A stretch of 63,677 nucleotides of DNA, counting the filler, from a candidate division TA06 bacterium SM23_40 (lineage in GTDB: Bacteria > LJUI01 > SM1-40): assembly GCA_001303705.1 (NCBI GenBank). It is 6 parts of 6 records of this genome, joined end to end, with 100 filler letters (N's around TTAATTAATTAA, not from the genome) between each part and the next. Parts side by side here need not be neighbours in the genome. Positions count along the whole stretch, not along the records: positions 18,875 to 24,262 come from LJUI01000166.1; positions 24,363 to 42,892 come from LJUI01000038.1; 4 more parts are not named here. One strand, given 5' to 3'. The position numbers and the translations under genes were made by a program. This document shows, one piece after another, positions 18,875-28,564 of this stretch (position 1 is the first letter of the stretch; each line of letters starts with the position of its first letter). The notes under the pieces are model-generated. The model ran no database searches, was not told the origin of the DNA, and worked only from the letters and a program-made list of their open reading frames with translations.

Positions 18875-19550
18875 CTGCCGCCTGGATTGCCGCTTTGGCC
18901 TCCTCCTCGAGCAGTATCGTCCCGCGACTCTCGCCAAACGCTTCCAAGGAATCTTCTGCAGCGCGAAGAGCAGCCTCTGTCTCGGTAAGTCTCTTCTCGA
19001 TAAATTCTCGCCTCCGTTGGATCTGTCGCACATCCAGCTCCCTGTTTACTCTGTCGAGCTCTTGCACGTACGTGCGGGCGATCTTCGCCGCCAACTCAGG
19101 TGTGCGCTCAGTTGCAGAGATAACCAGCATACCTTCAGGGGTGACAGAGATCTCCGTTATCTCCTCGAGTCTGCGGAGTGCCCGTATGAATTCATCGACT
19201 TCCCAGAGTTCCATCAGGTTGCATTCTTGAATGACCGCTTCGCCAACACTCCTGCTCCTCGCAAAGGCCGCAATCAGATCAGAGGGTGATGTCAAGAAGG
19301 GGATGCCGACCTGGGAGACGGCACCGAGACCGGCAAGAGGAAGTTGCGTCTGAAGCAGCGCCCCAAGAGCTCCAAATCCCGATTCTTGTCCGGCAGGAAG
19401 AATAGTGGTGGAGGCCGTGTAGCGGTATGGGAGAACGAGACTGATAACGACCGCTGCAGCCACGACAAGAAAGACGTTAAGGATGATCAGCCGCCGGCGT
19501 TTGACGAGGACGCGCAGCACAGATCTCAGAGATACCTCTGTTGTCTCCAC
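18875..19550 (-). CDS. Wzz/GumC-family polysaccharide chain-length regulator (truncated)
   Basis: N-terminal TM, P..YTASTTILP, coiled coil, PELAAKIA motif. Confidence 0.82.
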
Positions 19551-19633
19551 AGCCGATTCTCCCCAGTTACCGGCAACCGTCTGTAATAGCTCTGCCTATC
19601 GATTCCTCGAGTGCCTCTCCTGGCTGCCGTGTG

Positions 19634-20452
19634 CTACTTGGCGATAGCCATCCAGGAGAGGATGAGTGCCGTCACAGCAGTGGCAATCGTCACATAGTCA
19701 CTCCACCACTGCAGGGCGACCCTTGGAACGACTATTCGGTCTCCCCGGTCGACTTCCGTCGTAATGTCCGCATCCAGCTCGAATCCGTTCGGCCTCACCA
19801 CCTTCATCTGCTTCAGACGGGCTCTTGATGTTGGTCCTCCCGCGACACCCAGGTAGTCACCGACGGTCATCTCGGGATAGTAGTCGTACGGACCAGGTCT
19901 GGCCACCTCGCCAGTGACGTATACTGAGGTCTCTCGAAACCCTCCTATCTGTACCAGAGTCAATTGGACCTGGGCGTCCCGCAAGTACGTGCGGAACTTT
20001 TCCTCCAGCACGAGGGCCCCATCGATCAATGTCAGGCCGGAGACTGGTACGACCGAGATGGGATGCATTGCCAGGACGGGCAACTCCAACTCAAATGTCG
20101 GCGAGGGGGTCAAGATCTCTCTGCCCTCAGCAGGTGGCCCCGGCAGACTCACAGTGAGGTTTCCATCGGCTGTCACCGCCGTGACGTACGAGAAACTTAG
20201 CTTTCCCATGACAGTGACGAGCACCTCGTCGCGGGGCTGCAGGATGTGGGATCCCAGATCGATCGCACGCTCCGGGATCGCTTCCGCCGCCCTTTCATCT
20301 ATCTCTTCGGCCGTACTCGGTATCACAAGGAGAAGGCACCCTGATGTCACAAGAACCACCCACGCAATGCAGCACTGCAGGCGCCATAAGCGCGGCGCCG
20401 CAGCCGCATGTGACCGGCTCGCACAACGAGCTCTGTAGCAGTGTGTCCTCAT
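19634..20452 (-). CDS. polysaccharide export protein with SLBB domain (Wza-like)
   Basis: LQPRDEVLV, VYVTGEVARPGPY, AGGPT, GDRIVVP; C-terminal hydrophobic helix. Confidence 0.82.
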   Translation of the reverse strand: MRTHCYRARCASRSHAAAAPRLWRLQCCIAWVVLVTSGCLLLVIPSTAEEIDERAAEAIPERAIDLGSHILQPRDEVLVTVMGKLSFSYVTAVTADGNLTVSLPGPPAEGREILTPSPTFELELPVLAMHPISVVPVSGLTLIDGALVLEEKFRTYLRDAQVQLTLVQIGGFRETSVYVTGEVARPGPYDYYPEMTVGDYLGVAGGPTSRARLKQMKVVRPNGFELDADITTEVDRGDRIVVPRVALQWWSDYVTIATAVTALILSWMAIAK

Positions 20453-20759
20453 CTGCTCCCCTTTTTCGAAATGCCGGGACGCCAATGCAGCTCAGACTTC
20501 GGCGTCCCGGCATAGAAATCTACCCCGTGGACGAAACTGCCCCTTCACTCCTACCGAGACACCTGTCGAAGCTCTACGGATAAGGCCGCCCTCTCCCGGC
20601 AGCCTGGCGCTCTCCGGGGCTGTCGATGCTATCGATTCAGCCCCTGAAAGAAATCCCTAACATTCAACAAGCTTCGATAGGAACTATCCTCCATCGGGGT
20701 CTATGCTTACATAAAAGACTTGCCAACTCAACGAGAATGCAACAAATGCCTCCTGGTAC

Positions 20760-20788
20760 TATCTACCAAACCCGTAAGGGATTGTCAA
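20760..20788 (-). promoter_or_regulatory. putative sigma70 promoter for the export genes
   Basis: TTGACA-N17-TAGATA with upstream A-tract. Confidence 0.4.
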
Positions 20789-21181
20789 CTCTTTTTTTCT
20801 AGATTTTGGGGAACTTTACGCAGGCTCAAATGGCCCTTGAATGCCAACAATGCCGAGGGGGTCCGGCCGGAGTCCGGTCTCTCGGGTCCTGACGCGCACT
20901 CTGACCGGGTGGACTCAGGAATTGCGCTCGTCCTCGGCGTCCAGGCGCGGTTCCTGCCCCGGCTTCGGGCTGCCCGATCGACCTCCCGCCGAGGGTGCGA
21001 CATGCCTGTCCGGAATCCGATCTCGCGTCGAGGGTCCCCGCCGAGCATCTCATCCGGCAAGCGTCTCATCCGCGGAGGGTCCGATATCTCGGTCCGGAGT
21101 GCGATCTGGCGCCAAGCGTCCGCGCAAGCGTCCCCCTCATGCGTCCCCGCCGCCCACCGATTGCGCTCTCCCCCACTCACC

Positions 21182-22234
21182 TCATCCTCGCGGCCGTCCA
21201 CCCCCGGGCAGCGTCTCCTCATACCATCTGACCGTAAACTCGTGGTATTCCCGCTTCGTCTCAATGATGTTCCTCCACCACCGCTCATTCTCGACATACC
21301 AGTCGATCATCTTTCCCAGGCCGACCTTGAATTCCGTCTTCGCACGCCATCCCAGGAGCTTCTGGGCCTTGGCGGTCGAAGCACAGTGGCGCTTCACGTG
21401 GCCGGGGCGGTCAGCGACGAATTTCTTGAGTTCGAGCGGCTTGCCGATGTGGGTCAATATCTGATCAGTGATCGTGAGGACGTTCGTCTCCTTGCCTGTG
21501 CCGAGATTGATCACCTCTCCTTTGAGCTTCGCCAGATCTTGGGCGAGCGCGCGACCCAGCCCCTCACAGCAATCCTCGACAAAGACCCAGTCCCGTGTGT
21601 TCTTGCCGTCGCCGTACATGGGCAGGGGCTTGTCCTGAAGCGCATTCAGGATGAAAAACGGGATGAGCTTCTCGGGAAACTGATTCGGGCCGTAGTTGTT
21701 GAACGGACGTATGATGACGATCGGGAGGTCATAGGTGGCATAATACGAATAGGCAAGGCGATCCGCTCCCACCTTACACCCTGCGTACGGGCTCATCGGC
21801 TTCAACGGGTGGTCTTCTGTCATGGGGACGGACTCGGCGGTCCCATAGACCTCGCTTGTCGAGATATGAATGAAACGCTCCACATCGGATCTTCGCAGCG
21901 CCTCGAGCAGTACCTGCGTCCCCTTGACATCCGTGCTGACGAACGGATCTGCGTTGTCGATAGACCGATCGACGTGCGTTTCGGCCGCGAAATGGATGAC
22001 CTGGTCTGCACCCTTCATTGCGTCGGCCACTGCCTTGGGATCCCGGATATCTCCGTGTCGGAAATCGAAGTTTGGGTGGCTGCGCTCTTCTTCCGAGAAG
22101 TTATCCAGGTTACCGGCATAGGTGAGCGCGTCGAGGATCATCATCTTGCGTTCGGGATGTTCGCGAAGCATCCGTCTCACGAAGTTGCTCCCGATGAACC
22201 CTGCGCCACCCGTCACGAGAAGGTATCCCATCAT
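21182..22234 (-). CDS. rfbB: dTDP-glucose 4,6-dehydratase
   Basis: LVTGGAGFIGSNF, DALTYAG, HFAAETHVDRSI, STSEVYG, YxxxK, NNYGPNQFPEKLIP, DRPGH. Confidence 0.93.
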   Translation of the reverse strand: MMGYLLVTGGAGFIGSNFVRRMLREHPERKMMILDALTYAGNLDNFSEEERSHPNFDFRHGDIRDPKAVADAMKGADQVIHFAAETHVDRSIDNADPFVSTDVKGTQVLLEALRRSDVERFIHISTSEVYGTAESVPMTEDHPLKPMSPYAGCKVGADRLAYSYYATYDLPIVIIRPFNNYGPNQFPEKLIPFFILNALQDKPLPMYGDGKNTRDWVFVEDCCEGLGRALAQDLAKLKGEVINLGTGKETNVLTITDQILTHIGKPLELKKFVADRPGHVKRHCASTAKAQKLLGWRAKTEFKVGLGKMIDWYVENERWWRNIIETKREYHEFTVRWYEETLPGGGRPRG

Positions 22235-22450
22235 ATATCTCCCTGTACTAGGCTGACTGCGGCTAAGTCCTCTTCCCCAAGGGTATCTGCAGTTACGTCG
22301 TACTGTCCGAGGCTGCCTCCCGATTCCTGTTTCAATGGTGTATTCGCTTCCTGCCCTACCCTTGATCCGACTCCACCATGTCCCGACCGTTCCACCTGCG
22401 CACACTATCCTGTTCGCCCCGATTTCATTCGAGCCTCACCCGCATGGCGC

Positions 22451-22580
22451 CACACGCTTCCGGTCACCCTCACACCCGTGCGCTCACCCCAACGCGCCTG
22501 CGCTCACCTCCATACGCCTGTGCTCACCGGCACGCGCCTACGCTCACAGCCATACGTCTCTGCTCACCCCCACACGCCCC
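22451..22580. repeat. 20-bp degenerate tandem array (~6.5 units, consensus CAYRCGCCTGYGCTCACCCC)
   Basis: Units at 22451, 22471, 22491, 22511, 22531, 22551, 22571; the unit at 22551 contains the transporter stop codon. Confidence 0.85.
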
Positions 22581-23865
22581 AGATAAACGCTGAGGCCACT
22601 GCAACGGCGATGACCGAGAACGGAAATCCGATCCTGGCGAATTCAAAAAAGTTGGTGTGATGGCCGCGCTTGCGGAGCATCCCCACGGCGACGACGTTTG
22701 CCGCCGCACCGATCGGCGTAATGTTCCCCCCGATCGAGGCGCCGATGAGCACTCCGAACAGGAACAGGTAGGGCGACATGCCGATTCCGGCTGCGATCGT
22801 CTGGCCCACCGGTATCATCGCCGTCACATATGGCACATTATCCACGAACGCAGACACGAAGACAGAGAGCCAGACGAGGAGCGAGTACGTTGCGAAGACG
22901 CTCCCGCCCGATAACCGGGCGATCTTATCGGCAATGTCATTGACGACACCATGAGCGACGAGCGAGCCGACGAGCACGAAAATCCCCGCCAGAAAGAATG
23001 TCGTCTCCCAGTCGAAGTTCTTGAGAACCGTAAGGCTCCGTTCCTTCTGTCTTGCCGTCTGCCAGACAAGACCCGCCACCGCGAACACCATGCAGATGAT
23101 GCCGCCGAGATTCGGGATCCGCGCGGCCGCCCCGGAGCTCACGGCGAGCGCCAGCGTCATCCCGGCGAGAAGCCCGGTCGGCACCCATGACTCGATAACC
23201 GTCTCCGGCGGTATCCTGGCCCGCTCCCGGTGCCCCCGGAAGATCACATAGAGCACGATGAGGGATGCCAGTGCGCCCAACTCGATCGCGAAGAAGATGC
23301 TCATCCGGCCCTGGAAGAAGAAGAAATCGTTGAACGTCATCCCGGTGTACCCGGCCAGGATCATGCTCGGAGGGTCGCCGATCAGGGTCGCCGCGCCCTG
23401 CAGGTTCGAGCTGATTGCGATGCCGATAAGGAGCGGCACCGGCGACACCCTGATGCGAGCAGCGATCGCGAGCGCAACCGGGGCAACGATGAGGACGGTC
23501 GCCACATTCTCCACAAAGGCCGAGATGATTCCGGAGAGTGCCGACACCAGGAGAAATGCCATCCCCACGCTCGTCGACCTGTTGACGAGCCATTCTGCGA
23601 GGTAGGCAGGGACCTTCGAGTAGACGAACAGTTCGGCGACGATCAACGCACCCCAGAAGATCCCCATCACGTTCCAGTTGATCGACGACAGGGCGTCGCC
23701 GGGGGTAATGGCCCCCAGGACGAACAGAATCCCTGCCCCCACCCAGACGGCCAGTCCCTTGAACCGGTGACTGACAGCGAGAAAGACGTAGACGACGCAG
23801 AAGACGCCGATCACCGCGATCTTCGGGCTCAGCACCAATGTACCGCTCACCTCCGTGAATGTCAA
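22564..23865 (-). CDS. ArsB/NhaD (IT superfamily, P-protein-like) transporter; true start possibly near 23836-23839
   Basis: About 11 TM helices; SAFVENV, ATLIGDPP, SAFVDNVP, GGNITPIGAAAN motifs. Confidence 0.88.
   Translation of the reverse strand: MTFTEVSGTLVLSPKIAVIGVFCVVYVFLAVSHRFKGLAVWVGAGILFVLGAITPGDALSSINWNVMGIFWGALIVAELFVYSKVPAYLAEWLVNRSTSVGMAFLLVSALSGIISAFVENVATVLIVAPVALAIAARIRVSPVPLLIGIAISSNLQGAATLIGDPPSMILAGYTGMTFNDFFFFQGRMSIFFAIELGALASLIVLYVIFRGHRERARIPPETVIESWVPTGLLAGMTLALAVSSGAAARIPNLGGIICMVFAVAGLVWQTARQKERSLTVLKNFDWETTFFLAGIFVLVGSLVAHGVVNDIADKIARLSGGSVFATYSLLVWLSVFVSAFVDNVPYVTAMIPVGQTIAAGIGMSPYLFLFGVLIGASIGGNITPIGAAANVVAVGMLRKRGHHTNFFEFARIGFPFSVIAVAVASAFIWGVWG
23837..23865 (-). 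promoter_or_regulatory. near-consensus sigma70 promoter and/or SD at the end of the 25-bp array
   Basis: TTGACA-N17-TACATT; the spacer contains GGAGGTG. Confidence 0.45.
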
Positions 23866-24210
23866 CTCCCATGCGTGGCGGGAGCGTCAAGCTCGTCTTG
23901 AGGGCCTGGTGTCGACTCCCCTCGAAGGCCTCAGCGTCAGCTCTCGTGCGTGGCCTTAGCGTCAACTCTTGTGCGTGGCCTGAGCGCCAACTCTTGTGCC
24001 CGACCTGAGTGTCACCTCTTATGCCTGGTCTCGGCGTCAGCTCTCGTGCCTACTCTCAACGTCAGCTTTCGTGCCTGGTCTCAACGTCTGCTCTCGCGCC
24101 TGATCTCAACGTCAGCTTTCGGGCCTAATCTCATCGTCGGCTCTCGTGCCCGATCTCAACGTCGGCCCTCGAGCCTGCTCTGGACGTCAGCTCTTTCGTC
24201 CGGCCTGAGC
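23861..24210. repeat. 25-bp degenerate tandem array, 14 units (consensus GTCAGCTCTCGTGCCTGRYCTCARC)
   Basis: Units start every 25 bp from 23861 to 24186 with no indels. Confidence 0.92.
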
Positions 24211-24224
24211 CGTCCCCTGCCTCC

Positions 24225-24262
24225 CTACTGCGGGCCCATAACGAGGTCCAGCTCATCACCCT
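24225..24262 (-). CDS. 3' end of an upstream gene (truncated), possibly TrkA-C-like
   Basis: Reads GDELDLVMGPQ* from the contig edge. Confidence 0.35.
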
Positions 24263-24362
24263 NNNNNNNNNNNNNNNNNNNNNNNNNNNNNNNNNNNNNN
24301 NNNNNNTTAATTAATTAANNNNNNNNNNNNNNNNNNNNNNNNNNNNNNNNNNNNNNNNNNNN
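24263..24362. other. artificial contig linker
   Basis: N/TTAATTAATTAA/N. Confidence 0.98.
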
Positions 24363-24394
24363 AGGCTTCTGAATCACTAGCCTTCGTCACGGAT

Positions 24395-25540
24395 CTACTG
24401 CATGACGGTCCAGGGTCCTTGCCTGTGGGCCAGCGTGTATGCTGACCCCGCCTCGACAGCTCGGTACTCGAAGTCCGCCAAACTCTCCCGCTCGGCGAGC
24501 CCTGCACCAGACAGGTCCACGAGTTCTGCAGGGTAGGTGCCGTAGGTGAAGTAGTACACCTCGAGGGCGAGCTCGATCCGTGACTGCATGTAGCTCTCCC
24601 GTGAGTTGGCAGGCTGTTCCCCGGATCCATCCGAGAGGAGGCGCCCCAGTAGGGTGGTTTCTTTCGAAGACGGTGCGGGCGGATTGAGGAACATGCGGAT
24701 CGTAGGTCCGGCGAGGACGTTCAGAAAGGTCAGGCCGAGAAGGAAGACCAGCGTCGCTCCCGCCATTGAGACAACCTTCAGTCTCCTCGCCAGCTCTCCA
24801 CTCGTCTGCTCGATCGTGGAGGCCGGTCCCTCGGCGGCGAGCTTCTTGATCGCTCCGACCTCGAGCAGATTGTATACGGCTTGGTACGTCCGGAAGCGTC
24901 CCAGACCACTTCTATCGATCAGTTCCTCGAGACTCGTCCTGCCATCGATCAGTTCGAGTGTCCGCTGCTCTTCAGCGTCCAGCTCCAGGGAAAGAATGGG
25001 ATGCGACTCTCGAGCGAAACGGTGGTGATCGCCGGAGAGCGCACGCTCTATGCGCGGCCACTCATCTATGCGTCGCATGCCCTCCAGGGTCATGGCCTGT
25101 GCGTCGAGTGATACTTTGATGGAGCTGGCCGGGTAGATCGTTCCTCCCGGAGTGAACTTGTAGGTTCCCTCCTGCCAGGTGAGGAGGTTGTCGATGATCT
25201 CCTGGATCTTGAATCGAATGAGTTCTGAGAGGCCGTCGCGGGACATGTAGCCCTCGCGCACGATCAGCTCTTCGAACGGGATGCCGAATTCCGTGCGGAG
25301 TACAGAGAGTTGATCCATCTGTTCTCTCGAAACACGGCCCGATGCGACAAGATACGCCTCGAGTGGATTTTCCTGTCCGCGCCGTTCCTCGACCGCGCCG
25401 GCGATCCTGCCGGCTTCGAACCCTATCGAGATGCTCTCTTTCTTCTTCGTAAACGTGAGAATGCCAGTCTTCTCCTGGCTGGCGATCAGCTGGAGTATCT
25501 CTGCTACACCGAAGTCCCTGAGGCTACCCTGCAATGCCAT
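24395..25540 (-). CDS. DUF4388 domain membrane protein
   Basis: MALQGSLRDFGVAEILQLI..KTGIL, W.EGTYKF, EGMRRIDEW; one TM; GspG-like C-terminal YPAELVDL. Confidence 0.85.
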   Translation of the reverse strand: MALQGSLRDFGVAEILQLIASQEKTGILTFTKKKESISIGFEAGRIAGAVEERRGQENPLEAYLVASGRVSREQMDQLSVLRTEFGIPFEELIVREGYMSRDGLSELIRFKIQEIIDNLLTWQEGTYKFTPGGTIYPASSIKVSLDAQAMTLEGMRRIDEWPRIERALSGDHHRFARESHPILSLELDAEEQRTLELIDGRTSLEELIDRSGLGRFRTYQAVYNLLEVGAIKKLAAEGPASTIEQTSGELARRLKVVSMAGATLVFLLGLTFLNVLAGPTIRMFLNPPAPSSKETTLLGRLLSDGSGEQPANSRESYMQSRIELALEVYYFTYGTYPAELVDLSGAGLAERESLADFEYRAVEAGSAYTLAHRQGPWTVMQ

Positions 25541-27686
25541 TAGTCGACTCCGTCCCTTGTCGGTGCATCGCCTGCTGGCGAGCGTAGATCGGGACTCTCA
25601 AGAGAATGCTGCGGACCGCGCTCGAATAGATGACGAGCGTGAACAGGATCGAGGACGCGATCAACAGAGTTGACCGAGGTGGTGTGACGGTTGTCTGCAT
25701 CGGGACGAGGAGACTCCTGTGCCACCAGAGGGCAAGGAGAGACGTCCAGATGAAGAGGAAGGCTATCCCCCTCAAGAAGTTGCCGATGTAGATGTGTCCT
25801 GCGCCCGGATAGAGTATGGTGAACACCGTCGCCAGGATCTTCGTCCTCCGCATCCGTCTTTTCCATATTCCCTCCAGCACCCGCACCCGGACAGTTGAAG
25901 AACTGGTGTGCAATCCTTTGCTGCTGCACTCACGACAGTAGGCGTTGACACCTTCGATGTGCCGACACCGAGAGCAGATAGGCCGACCACACGCCGAGCA
26001 TCGCGGATGGAGCACCATCGACTTGGCTCGCGAACGCACAAGGACGACAAGGAAGAGGGCAAGGATGGAGAGGCCTGTGGCGCGGAAAGGAGCAGCCCCA
26101 AGTGGATTCGCGTATGAGAATGAGGCGGGGTAGAAGAGCCATCCCCGGGTTGCGATCCGCCACAGCCGAAGGGGCCCGATCTGCTCATCGATGACAAGAC
26201 AATTGATACTCGAACTCTTCGTCCCGACATATCGGTTGACGAGTTCGAGGTCGAGTTCGGAGGCGGTCTTCAGCGCGGCCGACGATTCGGCGAGACGCAA
26301 ATCCTGCAAGTAGACGTGTCCCAGGTTGAAGTGGATGGCTGCCGAACTCGGGTTGAGCTTCTTCGCTTTCTCGTATTCGTCTACGGCTCGATCGTAATCG
26401 CCAAGGGCATAGTACACATTCCCCAGATTGTTGTGAAGCATCGGATTTCGTTCATCTACCCTGATCGCCTGTTGCAGCACGGTCCTGGCCTTGTCGAATC
26501 TGCCCACGCGCTTCATGAGCAGAGCGAGGCTGGCGAGCGCTTCCGTGGCATCGGGATCGGATTCGGTGCGTCGCTCCAGTTCTGCCGCCAGCCTTCGGTC
26601 CCACGGCGACTGCTGAGCGCGGCTGATGAGGGCGGTCTCCTCCATCGGGTGAAGCGCTGTGGCGAGACGACAGCTCAGGCTTGCCAAGAGCGGAGCGGCG
26701 AAGAGGGCAACAACCACGAGCAGAAGAATGGTCTTTTCCTTGCGCTGCAGGCATGTCCAGGAGATGGCCGTCGCGAGGAGCCCGAACCAGAGGGGATGGA
26801 TACCCCAGGTGAGAGGGAGCAGGAGAATGACCCAGCTCGATGCGGAGCGGAGCCAGGGCGGCATCATCTTGGGGTGCCGCTCAGCCAGGAGATGGTGGGT
26901 CAGGGGAAGGTGTCGCACGGCGATCATGAGGAGGACGACGGCGGCGATGGCCGCCAGGATGAATGTTCCGTGCAGGTAGAGGTTCATCGCAATCTGGAAC
27001 TGGCTGTCGAAGTCCTGGAGCATGGCGCGCACAGCTGAGAGCACGTCTATTAGAGCTTGCGGACTCCGTTGCGCCAGGTGGAGCCTCGCGAGCGCGAGGT
27101 GAGGGGCGTAGGATGTCGGATCAAAGGCCGCAGCTGTCTGAAAATGGCGCTCGGCACGGGGGCGATTACCCGCACGGTACGCCTGCCACCCGCTTCTCAG
27201 GAAGAAACTGCTGACGTAGTCGAGGTTCGTCGCGCCGCGCTCCCGCCCGATCTCCAGAGCCCGATCGAATTCCATCTGTGCCAGTTTCTGGAGATTTCGT
27301 TCGTCATAGAGCACACCGAGCAGGATGTGCGTCTCGAGATCGCTGTCTGCCTTGCGAAGGGCGAGCAGGTACCGCTGTCCCGCTTCCTGAGATCGTCCCA
27401 ATCTGCGCAGGGCCTCGCCAGAGGCGAACTGGAGGAACGGATTGTGGGCGACGCTGTCGACCATGGCGAGCCTGCTACACCGTCGGACTGCCAGGGTGAG
27501 TGTCGCGGGAGGAATTTCCTCGTCCAGTGAGAAGGGATCGAACTCGGTGATGAGGCGTTCGATCTGTTGCCTCTGACGGAGTGCGGCATTGACTCCTGGC
27601 TGAGGAGTTACGGGAGACGCACCTGGGCGCACTGGTGCGGAGACGCACGCGATGAGGAGGATCGAACTGAGGAATTGCCTGACCAC
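25524..27686 (-). CDS. TPR-repeat membrane protein with Cys-rich zinc finger
   Basis: Signal peptide, TPRs (HNNLGNVYYALGDYDRA), several TMs, CSACGRPICSRC..YCREC, PGAGHIY; start uncertain. Confidence 0.8.
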   Translation of the reverse strand: MVRQFLSSILLIACVSAPVRPGASPVTPQPGVNAALRQRQQIERLITEFDPFSLDEEIPPATLTLAVRRCSRLAMVDSVAHNPFLQFASGEALRRLGRSQEAGQRYLLALRKADSDLETHILLGVLYDERNLQKLAQMEFDRALEIGRERGATNLDYVSSFFLRSGWQAYRAGNRPRAERHFQTAAAFDPTSYAPHLALARLHLAQRSPQALIDVLSAVRAMLQDFDSQFQIAMNLYLHGTFILAAIAAVVLLMIAVRHLPLTHHLLAERHPKMMPPWLRSASSWVILLLPLTWGIHPLWFGLLATAISWTCLQRKEKTILLLVVVALFAAPLLASLSCRLATALHPMEETALISRAQQSPWDRRLAAELERRTESDPDATEALASLALLMKRVGRFDKARTVLQQAIRVDERNPMLHNNLGNVYYALGDYDRAVDEYEKAKKLNPSSAAIHFNLGHVYLQDLRLAESSAALKTASELDLELVNRYVGTKSSSINCLVIDEQIGPLRLWRIATRGWLFYPASFSYANPLGAAPFRATGLSILALFLVVLVRSRAKSMVLHPRCSACGRPICSRCRHIEGVNAYCRECSSKGLHTSSSTVRVRVLEGIWKRRMRRTKILATVFTILYPGAGHIYIGNFLRGIAFLFIWTSLLALWWHRSLLVPMQTTVTPPRSTLLIASSILFTLVIYSSAVRSILLRVPIYARQQAMHRQGTESTNGIAG

Positions 27687-28259
27687 GGTCCTGCTTTCCG
27701 TGCCGGTGATGACCCGGGGAGAGATGATGGCACGGCCCGGAGAGCAGAAAACCCCCAGAAAGGACTGGGCCGATGCCTCGTCCCCCCCAAGGGTCAGACG
27801 GCCAGTTATTATAGTATACCCCACCTGGGCGGTCGTCTGCCGCGACCTCTCGAGTCGCGACAGGCGACCCCACACCATGCCTCACCCTAAAAATAACCCG
27901 TTTTGTCAATCGCACAACCCCATTTTTCGTTTCTTTTCGGAACATGCCCTCTGGGCCTGTGTAGGGAGAGTGCTGCCTCTGTCTCCGGTCAGCCTCTCAG
28001 CAGTGCGCGCCGCTGGCGCCATGATCATCCCTCGATATCCGCCTGTACAGGCGGTCATGCGGGATCCACAAGCACGGAATACCTGGCAAGCGCGCCGGCG
28101 GGCCCGCTGGCCCACGAGGCCGATCCCGGAGCGCATTCTTCCCTGCCCTGGTCCGTGCGCCGGACCCGGCGCGCGCAGGGGGAGGCGGCGAGGTTCAGGC
28201 GCCGGCCCCGAGGCGCGAGTGTGCCGGAGCAGAACCTGGGGGGCACAGGGATTTGGCTG

Positions 28260-28288
28260 TTGACACTAGTGGGGTCGCTGACTATACT
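28260..28288 (+). promoter_or_regulatory. sigma70 promoter upstream of the Na/Pi cotransporter operon
   Basis: TTGACA-N17-TATACT. Confidence 0.8.
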
Positions 28289-28501
28289 CGGCGTGGGTAG
28301 TCTCTCGATACATGGGCCATTGATGCCTCGGGCATTCACGCGGTGATCGGTTCAGGGATATGCTGGAGGCGTCGGGCTGGCATCACCGTGGCACTCAGAT
28401 TCCGGGCGCCGGTGTGGTGTTGCGCGGTGCACGGGTTGACGGTTGAAGGCAGACCGGGCGCAGTGGCGGCAGGCACCGGCCGGCTGTATCGGGGCAGTGA
28501 G

Positions 28502-28548
28502 GGAGTGAGCAGGTCGTCACGGCCGATCACTCCTTGTCAATTCTTCTC
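28502..28548 (+). terminator. terminator-like hairpin within the long leader
   Basis: GGAGTGA/TCACTCC outer stem and GGTCG/CGGCC inner stem, followed by a pyrimidine-rich tail. Confidence 0.4.
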
Positions 28549-28564
28549 TCGCCTGGGAAACGTG

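Noticed and set aside
20720..22660. 646-aa plus-strand ORF and similar long antisense ORFs (e.g. 28604-29926, 31591-32964, 53571-55058)
   Set aside because: Shadow frames of well-supported opposite-strand genes in GC-rich DNA
23861..24210. CRISPR or TIGR-like guide array
   Set aside because: All 25 positions are semi-conserved, there are no unique spacers, and no cas or other effector gene is visible
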